Shown here: positions 7,709-15,959 of the stretch, piece after piece
Position numbering within the stretch: position 1 is the first letter of the stretch
How the letters are laid out: each line of letters opens with the position of its first letter
Source: Candidatus Saccharimonadota bacterium
GTDB taxonomy: Bacteria > Pseudomonadota > Gammaproteobacteria > Enterobacterales > Enterobacteriaceae
Assembly (NCBI GenBank): GCA_049942765.1
Contig: CP188086.1
Span: 270,001-302,000, forward strand
Direction of reading: 5' to 3'
Length of the DNA: 32,000 bases
The notes under the pieces: model-generated
What the model saw: the letters and a program-made list of their open reading frames with translations, nothing else
Told to the model about the DNA's origin: nothing
The model's database searches: none
Program-made: the position numbers and the translations under genes

Positions 7709-9259
7709 TTATTTTTCTTTTTTTACTCGTACTAAATCTATTCGATATTCATCGGCTTCTAAGATCTGAAAGGATAAAGATGAAATAAAAATTATATCAC
7801 CAGGTTTTGGCAATTGACCTTTCTGTGCAATAAGTAATCCTGCTACGGAAGCATAGTTTGTGGTATTTATTAAGTTTTCTATATTTAATAATTGTTGTAA
7901 AGAATGTAAATCAGTACTACCTTTAACTAACCAACTATTTTTTTCAATAATAACTTCTGGTGTTTCATCTGCATCTGGAAATTCACCAGCAATAGCTTCT
8001 AGTAAATCTAATGGAGTAATTAAACCTTGAATTACACTAAACTCATTAGTAACAATTACTAAACTACCCTTTGATTTTTTTAAAACACTTAATAAATTAA
8101 TAGAATCTAGTGTATCGGGTACAATAATAGCTGGAGTCTTTGATGCAAAATGTAATAAATCAATATTTTGTTCTAATACTATTAATAATTCTTTAGCACG
8201 TATAATACCTATAATTTCATCTAATTCTCCTTTACAAATAGGAAATAAACTATGTGGAGTATCTAACAGTTGTGTTCTTATTTCTTCTTTTGTTTTTTCT
8301 ATATTAACCCAAGAAATAGCACCTCTAGGTGTCATAATACTTCTTATTGATCGAGCTGCTAATGTTAAAACCCCTGTAATCATATATTTCTCTTCTTCTT
8401 TAAAAGTATAAGAAGGTGATTGTTCCCTTGCATAAGAGGAATTATTTTTTGTATTGATATTTAATTCATTATAGTGTTGTTTTTCTTTGTTCATCAATCT
8501 GAATATAGTTTCAGCTACTCTTTGTCGCATAGGTCTTTTAGATTGATTTTTGATAAAATTATGTCTTGCTATTTGATTAAACAATTCAATAATTATTGAA
8601 AAACCAACAGCTGTATACAAATATCCCTTTTGTATATTAAAACCAATTGATTCTGCTACAAGCGATAATCCAATAATTAATAAAAAACTAAGACATAAAA
8701 CAACTACAGTAGGATGTGCATGCATAAATGTAGTTAATGGTTTAGATGATAATAGCATAATCATTGTTGCTATAATAACAGCAATTATCATAATTGATAA
8801 AGAATTAACCATACTTATAGCAGTAATAATAGAATCTAATGAAAATACTGCATCTAAAACAACAATTTGAATAACTACAGGCCAAAAATTAGCATAGTTT
8901 TTATTATCTATTTCTTTATGTTGGTGATTTTCTAATCGTTCATGTAATTCAATTGTAGATTTAAATAATAAAAATAATCCTCCTAATAATAAGATTAAAT
9001 CTTTAGCAGATAGATTAATGTATTTATATTTAATAATAGGAGTCACTAATGTAATCATCCATGACATTAATAATAATAGACTGATTCGCATTAATAATGC
9101 TAAAATTACGCCTAGAATACGTGCTTTATCACGTTCATAAGGTGGTAATTTTTCTGTTAAAATTGATATAAATACTAAATTATCTACTCCTAATACTACT
9201 TCTAAAATGATTAACGTAAATAATCCAGCTAAAGTAGATGTATGTAAAAAAAATTCCAT
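7709..9259 (-). CDS. yoaE: TerC-family integral membrane protein with C-terminal CBS pair and CorC/HlyC domain (YoaE)
   Basis: It is collinear with E. coli YoaE (518 aa). Shared segments are LEVVLGVDNLVFISIL, HPTVVVLCLSFLLIIGLSLVAE, MTPRGAISWV, GEFPDADETPE and YRIDLVRV. By homology the start is MEFFLHT at 9259, with GAGAG 4 nt upstream. The ORF track's alternative ATG at 9283 adds 8 codons. Confidence 0.9.
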   Translation of the reverse strand: MEFFLHTSTLAGLFTLIILEVVLGVDNLVFISILTEKLPPYERDKARILGVILALLMRISLLLLMSWMITLVTPIIKYKYINLSAKDLILLLGGLFLLFKSTIELHERLENHQHKEIDNKNYANFWPVVIQIVVLDAVFSLDSIITAISMVNSLSIMIIAVIIATMIMLLSSKPLTTFMHAHPTVVVLCLSFLLIIGLSLVAESIGFNIQKGYLYTAVGFSIIIELFNQIARHNFIKNQSKRPMRQRVAETIFRLMNKEKQHYNELNINTKNNSSYAREQSPSYTFKEEEKYMITGVLTLAARSIRSIMTPRGAISWVNIEKTKEEIRTQLLDTPHSLFPICKGELDEIIGIIRAKELLIVLEQNIDLLHFASKTPAIIVPDTLDSINLLSVLKKSKGSLVIVTNEFSVIQGLITPLDLLEAIAGEFPDADETPEVIIEKNSWLVKGSTDLHSLQQLLNIENLINTTNYASVAGLLIAQKGQLPKPGDIIFISSLSFQILEADEYRIDLVRVKKEK

Positions 9260-9413
9260 TGTACTCTCTATAAAATAATGCATATATTATAATATTTATT
9301 ATGTAGGAAATAAATATTTTATTTTTAATAGATTTTTAAAATATATATTTTAAATATTAATAAATTATATTGAATATTAGATATTGTTAATAGTTTAAAT
9401 TTATGAAAACAAT

Positions 9414-9446
9414 AAAAGCCCTTGCAACATAGTGCAAAGGCTTTTT
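9414..9446 (-). terminator. Rho-independent terminator downstream of cspC
   Basis: The minus strand reads AAAAA-GCCTTTGCA-CTATGT-TGCAAGGGC-TTTTATTGTTTT. This is a 9-bp stem with one G.U pair, a 6-nt loop and a U-tract. It starts about 60 nt after the cspC stop. It is the only strongly GC-rich hairpin in any spacer of the window. The A-tract on the other side makes it formally bidirectional. Confidence 0.8.
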
Positions 9447-9504
9447 AGTTTATTACTTTTTTGATAGTATCAAGTTTTTAATTATGATAGTTGACGTAAT
9501 AAAG

Positions 9505-9714
9505 TTAAATTGAAAATACATTAACAGCTGCAGGACCCTTTTGTCCGTCCTGAATTTCGAATTCAACGTTTTGTCCTTCAGAAAGAGTTTTGAATCCATT
9601 TCCTTGTATGGAAGAAAAATGTACAAAAACATCTTTACTACCATCTTCAGGGGTAATAAAACCAAATCCTTTAGATTCGTTAAACCACTTAACTTGGCCT
9701 TTAATCTTTTCCAT
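9505..9714 (-). CDS. cspC: Cold-shock-domain protein CspC
   Basis: The 69-aa product is [69 protein letters not shown]. It contains RNP1 (KGFGFI) and RNP2 (VFVHF). It differs at about 6 of 69 positions from E. coli CspC as I recall it, and is closer to CspC than to CspE. An AGGA SD lies 8 nt upstream. Confidence 0.96.
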   Translation of the reverse strand: MEKIKGQVKWFNESKGFGFITPEDGSKDVFVHFSSIQGNGFKTLSEGQNVEFEIQDGQKGPAAVNVFSI

Positions 9715-9847
9715 TTTTAAAATCCTTGAAATATTATTTTTATAAAAACTAGAAACATTACTGCATGAGGCATGAATTGAATATTCGGCAAGAGAAGTTG
9801 TTTCAACGTCTTTACTCTGAACTTTTGAACTTGATAATGCCTTTCAT
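9715..9847 (-). pseudogene. yobF: Relic of small-protein gene yobF within the cspC leader (frameshifted, no stop codon of its own)
   Basis: On the minus strand, the ATG at 9847 reads [11 protein letters not shown] and then stops (9814-9812). The adjacent frame reads [43 protein letters not shown] and runs in phase into the cspC ATG. E. coli YobF, as I recall it, is [47 protein letters not shown]. It shares MxGI, SKxVxSK, DVE, AE, I and the contiguous ASCSNVS in the same order. yobF lies directly upstream of cspC in E. coli. Confidence 0.55.
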
Positions 9848-10042
9848 AAACAGAATTGTAACTTGTTTTATCTAGAGAATATATAAATATAGAATATTTT
9901 TTTAATATACTAGATAATATAAAAAATTATGTTTTACTTTAACTGTAGTATATATGGTTTTTTTTATTTTTACAAGATAATATATTTTTATTAGAAAACT
10001 CTATATTATACATTTGTATATAAGATACAGTAATATTAAAAA

Positions 10043-10924
10043 TTATGTTGATATATATGTATTATTATGTAAAGCTGTAATTCTTTCATCTAAAGAAGGA
10101 TGTGTGTTAAACAAATTCCAAATAGAATTAGATTTTCCATATATACAAAATGTTCTAATATAGTTAGGTTCTTCTGGTTCACAGTTATTTTTTAATTTTT
10201 TTAATGCTTGTATCATATTATGCTTTCCAGATAAAATAGCAGCACCAGCATCTGCATGAAATTCTCGATATCTAGAAAACCAAAGAATAATTAAATTAGC
10301 TAATGTTCCAAATAATAAATCTAATACTATTGAAACAATATAATATGTTAATGAATTTTCATTAAATCCATTGTCATTTTTGTTATTTGTATGATCTGAA
10401 GAAATAATTTTTGCAATAGCTCTAGAGGTAAACATCACCATTGTATTCATTATTCCTTGAACCAATGTCATAGTAATCATATCTCCATTAGAAATATGGC
10501 TGATTTCATGAGCAATAATAGCTTCTATTTCATTTGATGTCATTTGATCTAATAAACCATGAGAAACAGCTATTAAAGATGAATGCTTTCCTACCCCTGT
10601 AGCAAATGCATTGATGTTATGAGACGGGTAAATAGCTATTTCTGGAGTTTTAATACCTATTTTATTAGAATATTGACGTATAATGGATACTAACCATATT
10701 TCTGTATTATTTATAGGTGTTGTAATCAATTTCCCGTTAACAGAATATAAAGCAATCCATTTAGACATAAATAATGAGATAATAGATCCTCCAAAACCAA
10801 ATAATCCAGATATGATGATTAAACCATAAAAACTATTAGCGCTTATAGATGTCAAACTTAAAATTAATCCAAAAATTAACATTACAGCCATATTAGTACA
10901 TAAAAACAGAAGTATTCTAAGCAT
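10043..10924 (-). CDS. htpX: Membrane-bound zinc metalloprotease HtpX
   Basis: 293 aa, the same length as E. coli HtpX. The N-terminus MLRILLFLCTNMAVMLIFGLILSL matches [24 protein letters not shown]. It has the HEISH zinc motif (IAHEISHISNGDM), then REFHADAG and the C-terminal THPSLDERI. Confidence 0.96.
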   Translation of the reverse strand: MLRILLFLCTNMAVMLIFGLILSLTSISANSFYGLIIISGLFGFGGSIISLFMSKWIALYSVNGKLITTPINNTEIWLVSIIRQYSNKIGIKTPEIAIYPSHNINAFATGVGKHSSLIAVSHGLLDQMTSNEIEAIIAHEISHISNGDMITMTLVQGIMNTMVMFTSRAIAKIISSDHTNNKNDNGFNENSLTYYIVSIVLDLLFGTLANLIILWFSRYREFHADAGAAILSGKHNMIQALKKLKNNCEPEEPNYIRTFCIYGKSNSIWNLFNTHPSLDERITALHNNTYIST

Positions 10925-11404
10925 AAATTTTGATTTCCATAGTAAAATTTATATATGAATTAATGTATGTCTTATAAAGACATATAGTAGTTTACTAACA
11001 ATAATGAATTTTTGTTAATAAATGTTACATATATAAAAAAAATATTTTTGTTAATTATTTTTATTTATTATTACTTGTATTTTATACATAGATGTCTAAT
11101 TATGTGTAGAACAATGAAATAATGTAATATCAGTCTCTAGCATTTATTTAATCTATTTGAATATATATATTTGTTGTGTATATCAAATATTAATTAATTA
11201 TATAATAATATTTAGTGAAGCTTTTTTTAAATTATAAAACTTATATTGTTGAACATATCATTAAAAATGAAAATTTAAAAATTTATTTATATAAATAAAT
11301 ATATTGATATTTAAATATTAATCAATATACATTATTTAATATTTTTTGAAATAGATTATAGAATAATTAATTTATGTATATATCACTTATATAGTCTGTA
11401 ATAT

Positions 11405-11435
11405 AATTGATCAAACAATGAATGTTTGATCAATT
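11405..11435. repeat. Perfect 13-bp inverted repeat with 5-nt loop, in the spacer 180 bp downstream of zwf
   Basis: The sequence is AATTGATCAAACA-ATGAA-TGTTTGATCAATT, followed by TTT on the plus strand. I checked every pair by position (11405-11417 against 11423-11435). Each arm contains the palindrome TTGATCAA. Confidence 0.6.
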
Positions 11436-11614
11436 TTTAGTTGATTATTTGCAAAATACTATTGTTAAGTAGTTAACAATAAATTTTATTACATATAAAT
11501 TAAAAATACAATAATCAGTGTTATGTACTTGATATAAAATTAATATATACATTATATCTATATATAACATATATATTATTGTGTTTGATTTATTTTAAAA
11601 TAATTGATACATTA

Positions 11615-13078
11615 TTAATTCCAATATCGTTTATCTTTTTTAATAATATCATGTGATAATTTAGGTCCCCATGTTCCTGCTGGATATAATTCTGGTTTTT
11701 TATTACTATGATTCCAGGCATTAATAATAGAATCAACCCATTTCCATGCTTCTTCTACTTCGTCTCTTCTTACGAATAAAGATTGAGAACCAATCATACT
11801 TTCTAATAATAACCGTTCATATGCATCAATAAGATATGGTTGATGAAAAGTATTTAAATAATCGAATCTTAACTTAACGTTTGTTAAGTGATTAGTATCA
11901 CTTAATTCTGGTATTTTATTTAAAATATGAATTTCTATTCCTTCATTTGGTTGTAATCTAATAATTAATTTATTAGATGGTAAAATAGCAATAGATTCTT
12001 TAAATAAGTTCATAGATGAATTTTTAAAAAAAATTGTAATTTCAGAATGTTTATGTGGTAATCTTTTACCAGTACGCAAATAAAATGGTACACCAAACCA
12101 TCTCCAATTATCTATATTAACTCTTAATGCAACAAAAGTTTCTGTGTCACTTTTTTTATTAGCACCATCTTCATGTATATATGATGGTACTTCTACTCCA
12201 TTAATAAAACCAGAAGTATATTGTCCAATAACAGTGTTTTCTTGTACATTATGTATATTAATTGGTCTAAGAGCTTTTAATATTTTTACTTTTTCATTTC
12301 TAATGCTATCTGCATTTAAATTATTCGGTGGAGACATAGTTATAATAGTTAATATTTGTAACAAATGATTTTGTACCATGTCTCTCATTTGTCCTGTTTT
12401 ATCGAAATAACCCCATCTTCCTTCAATTCCAATGTCTTCTGCTACAGTAATTTGAATATGATCAATTGTTTGATTATTCCAACTATGAGAAAAAATAGAG
12501 TTAGCAAATCTTAAAGATAATAAATTTAATATTGTTTCCTTTCCTAAGTAATGATCAATACGAAAAATTTGTGATTCTGTAAAATATTTTCCAATTTGAT
12601 TATTAATATCTTGTGAAGTCTTTAATGATGTACCTACAGGTTTTTCTATAATTACTCGTGCAGGTGGAAAATTTAATTTTGCTTGTCCCAACCCGTTACA
12701 AATTGCTCCATAAATATTAGGAGGAACTGCAAAATAATTAATCGTAATTCTTTTTTTTTGGTCTAATAGTTTTTTTAGTTGTATAAAATTATCAGTTTCA
12801 TTTACATCTAAGTTGCAAAATTCTAATCTAGAGTGTAATTTAGACCATAATGATTCATCTATTTTTTCTGTCATAAAAGTTTCTAAAGAATTACGTACAA
12901 TATCTTTATAATATTTTTTATTCCAATTAGCACGACCAACACCTATTATTCTAGTATCTTTATTAAGTTTATTAGCTTTTTCTAATTGATAAAGAGAAGG
13001 AATCAACTTTCTTTTTGCTAAATCTCCTTTTGCACCAAATATGATGAAATCATGTCCTTGTTTAATATTTTTTACCAT
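11615..13078 (-). CDS. zwf: Glucose-6-phosphate 1-dehydrogenase
   Basis: 487 aa, collinear with E. coli Zwf (491 aa). Shared segments are IFGAKGDLAKRKL (NADP site), the active-site region RIDHYLGKE, DIGIEGRWGYFD and LFVRRDEVEEAWKWVD. Confidence 0.97.
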   Translation of the reverse strand: MVKNIKQGHDFIIFGAKGDLAKRKLIPSLYQLEKANKLNKDTRIIGVGRANWNKKYYKDIVRNSLETFMTEKIDESLWSKLHSRLEFCNLDVNETDNFIQLKKLLDQKKRITINYFAVPPNIYGAICNGLGQAKLNFPPARVIIEKPVGTSLKTSQDINNQIGKYFTESQIFRIDHYLGKETILNLLSLRFANSIFSHSWNNQTIDHIQITVAEDIGIEGRWGYFDKTGQMRDMVQNHLLQILTIITMSPPNNLNADSIRNEKVKILKALRPINIHNVQENTVIGQYTSGFINGVEVPSYIHEDGANKKSDTETFVALRVNIDNWRWFGVPFYLRTGKRLPHKHSEITIFFKNSSMNLFKESIAILPSNKLIIRLQPNEGIEIHILNKIPELSDTNHLTNVKLRFDYLNTFHQPYLIDAYERLLLESMIGSQSLFVRRDEVEEAWKWVDSIINAWNHSNKKPELYPAGTWGPKLSHDIIKKDKRYWN

Positions 13079-13866
13079 TTTGTTAATATAGTCCTGTCAT
13101 ATTACATAAAATTTGAGAATAGTATTTATGATATAGATTTTAATTTAACTCTACAAAAATTATCTTATTTTATAAAGAGTGTGTATATTAATTTTCTTGA
13201 TATCAATATATTATGAAAATATTTTTAAACTATATAAGAAAATGTCAACTGATATCTAAATAATTTAAAAATTATTTACACTATTTGCATATTATTATAA
13301 TGTAGTTAACTAACATATTTTATATGTTATTATGTATTACATTTTATTTATTGATACTATATATTTATAATTTTTGTATTTTAAGTATTTATTGTTATTT
13401 ATAATTATATTTTATATATATTTTTATTAAAATTTTATATATATTGTTTTTATAAAATTTGATTCTATCGCATAAATGGTTTAGTTATATACATGTATAT
13501 TCGGAATGAGTAATATTAGAGTAATGATAATTGATTTGTTATAAAATAATTTTTGTTTATTATGATGATATATAGAATATATTTCTATAAATATCAAAAA
13601 TTTTTGGTATTATTAATATTAATCGTTAATTATATAGAGATTTCATAAAAAAAAACTTAGTTTTATTTTTTATAAAAATGTAAGATATAATCTTATTATT
13701 AGTATTTATAAATATCTACTATCATATTATATGTTTGTTACAAGTTTACAATAATACTGATATTTCAGTATTAATATGTAGTAATAGCATTTATAATGCT
13801 AGAACAAAATTAAATTAAAATATAATCTTTATTATATCATTATTTTTTATAATATCAGGAGGATCT

Positions 13867-15309
13867 ATGTTAAGACGATTAAGAAGAACTAAAATAGTAG
13901 CCACTCTTGGTCCTGCAACAGATAGAGATAATAATTTAGAAAAAATTATTAAATCCGGTGCTAACGTATTACGATTAAATTTTTCTCATGGTTGTCCAGA
14001 AGAACATCAATATCGAGCGAAAAAAGCACTAGAAATTATGAATAAACTTAAATGTCATGTAGCTATTTTAGGAGATTTACAAGGACCTAAGATTAGAATC
14101 GCTGGGTTTAAAACAGAAAAAATTTTTTTAAATATAGGTGAACATTTTTTGTTAGATGCTACATTAAGTGACAATGATGGCAATGAAAAGCAGGTAGGTA
14201 TAGATTACAAACAGCTACCATCTGATGTATTTTCTGGAGATATGTTATTATTAGATGATGGTAGAATACAACTGAAAGTAATTAAATCTACTAAATATAA
14301 AATATATACTAAGGTAGTTATAGGAGGTTTTCTTTCTAAAAATAAAGGAATTAATAAATTAGGTGGTGGATTATCTGCTAAATCTTTGACAAGAAAAGAT
14401 AAAGAAGACATTGCTATAGCTGCTAAAATCAATGTTGATTATTTAGCTATTTCTTTTCCAAGGTCAGCTGATGATATTTATGAAGCACGGGATTTAGCTA
14501 TGACGTTAGGTAGTCGTGCAAAAATTATAGCTAAAATAGAACGCGCTGATGCAGTTAAGACAGATGATATTATGCACGATATCATTTTAGCATCAGATGT
14601 TATCATGGTAGCCAGAGGAGATTTAGGAATTGAAATAGGAGATCCAGCTCTTGCAGGAATGCAAAAAAGGTTAATTAGAAAAGCTAGACAATTAAATAGA
14701 ATTGTTATAACAGCTACACAAATGATGGAATCTATGATTATTAATCCATTTCCTACTAGAGCTGAAGTAATGGATGTAGCGAATGCTGTTTTAGACGGTA
14801 GTGATGCTGTAATGTTATCAGCTGAAACTGCATCAGGAAATTATCCTGTTGAAACTGTTGTGTCAATGGCTAAAGTATGTGAGGGAGCAGAACAAGTTCC
14901 CAGTATTAATGTTTCTCGACATAGATTAAATGCTCAATTTAGTAGTATAGAAGAAGCAATTGCAATGTCAGCTATGTATTCTGCTAATCATTTAGATAAA
15001 GTAACAGCAATTATTACTATGACAGAATCAGGTAGAACTGCATTAATGACTTCACGAATTACTTCAGGTTTACCTATTTTTGCTTTATCACGTCATAAAA
15101 GTACATTAAAATTATCTGCATTATATCGTGGAGTTACACCAGTTTATTTTGATAGTGTAACAGATGGAGTGGAAGCAGCTACAGAAGCAATTATATTATT
15201 AAAAACTCAAAAATTTTTAATGCATGGAGATATAGTAATTGTAACACAAGGAGATATAATGAGTGCTATAGGTAAAACTAATACTATTCGAATTTTAGAA
15301 GTAAAATAA
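13867..15309 (+). CDS. pykA: Pyruvate kinase II (AMP-activated type)
   Basis: 480 aa, the same length as E. coli PykA, and collinear with it. Shared segments are [36 protein letters not shown] and [37 protein letters not shown] strong AGGAGG SD ends 4 nt before the ATG. Confidence 0.98.
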   Translation: MLRRLRRTKIVATLGPATDRDNNLEKIIKSGANVLRLNFSHGCPEEHQYRAKKALEIMNKLKCHVAILGDLQGPKIRIAGFKTEKIFLNIGEHFLLDATLSDNDGNEKQVGIDYKQLPSDVFSGDMLLLDDGRIQLKVIKSTKYKIYTKVVIGGFLSKNKGINKLGGGLSAKSLTRKDKEDIAIAAKINVDYLAISFPRSADDIYEARDLAMTLGSRAKIIAKIERADAVKTDDIMHDIILASDVIMVARGDLGIEIGDPALAGMQKRLIRKARQLNRIVITATQMMESMIINPFPTRAEVMDVANAVLDGSDAVMLSAETASGNYPVETVVSMAKVCEGAEQVPSINVSRHRLNAQFSSIEEAIAMSAMYSANHLDKVTAIITMTESGRTALMTSRITSGLPIFALSRHKSTLKLSALYRGVTPVYFDSVTDGVEAATEAIILLKTQKFLMHGDIVIVTQGDIMSAIGKTNTIRILEVK

Positions 15310-15371
15310 CAATGTATTATTGTAATCATTAAATATAACTTGATAAATAAAATTCTTTATTAAATATTGAT

Positions 15372-15404
15372 AATGTAATATAAAATTATTTTTTGTATTA
15401 CATT
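15372..15404 (+). terminator. Candidate pykA terminator or stability hairpin (14-bp stem)
   Basis: The sequence is AATGTAATATAAAA-TTATT-TTTTGTATTACATT. It has 13 Watson-Crick pairs plus one U.G pair on the plus strand, which becomes an A.C mismatch on the minus strand. It begins 63 nt after the pykA stop. No clean U-tract follows (CGAAATTATTC), so its function as an intrinsic terminator is uncertain. Confidence 0.4.
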
Positions 15405-15771
15405 CGAAATTATTCTTTATAAGAAGTATCTGAAGTGTATCTATTAATAAAACAATTGTTTACTATATACATTTTTAATTATTAACATTTGTTACATAAA
15501 TTATTTGTTTTAGAAGGTATATTCTATAAACATTGTTAGTACAACACTATATAGAATTAATAGTATTTAAATAACTGATATAACTAATACCTTATTATGA
15601 TTAATTTAATTATAAAATATATTAATGAATTTAGATATATTTGTTGTTATAGTAAGAATACATATTATTTTTATAATAAGGATAACAATTTATTAAATAA
15701 TTATAAATAGTTTTTTAGAATTATTAAAAATAATTTTGATTGCTATCTATTTATGAGTAGAGAAATAATTT

Positions 15772-15795
15772 AATAAAACGTAGGTAATAACCTAC
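15772..15795 (-). terminator. Candidate aspS terminator hairpin
   Basis: The minus strand reads GTAGGT-TATT-ACCTAC-GTTTTATTA. This is a 6-bp stem with 3 G/C pairs, a tetraloop and a U-rich tail. It lies about 165 nt downstream of the aspS stop. Confidence 0.35.
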
Positions 15796-15959
15796 TATAT
15801 TTGCATTATTAGTTAAGTAATCATTGAATAAATTAATGACTACGTTATGATGTTATGTAAAAAAAATTATATTTTTTAAGTTTATTAAAGTTAGAACAAT
15901 TAATATAATATATTGGTTGCTTAAACGTTTTTATATAATGAATTTTTATATATTAAATA

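Noticed and set aside
9453-9665. 70-aa ORF overlapping cspC on the same strand in another frame
   Set aside because: It is a shadow frame of the highly conserved cspC gene. The product is low-complexity and non-homologous, and the cspC frame explains the sequence fully.
9717-9773. 18-codon upstream ORF ([18 protein letters not shown]) ending 2 nt before the cspC ATG
   Set aside because: It has no SD. It lies in the third frame of the region better explained as the yobF relic, and nothing indicates it is translated.
12144-12368. Short antisense ORFs inside zwf (12144-12368), pykA (14205-14432), aspS (17233-17442), aroA (22302-22661), pfkA (28394-28633) and sucB (30610-30840, 30815-31039)
   Set aside because: All lie entirely within well-supported genes on the opposite strand, or straddle a gene boundary (30815-31039). 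They encode low-complexity peptides with no homology I recognise.
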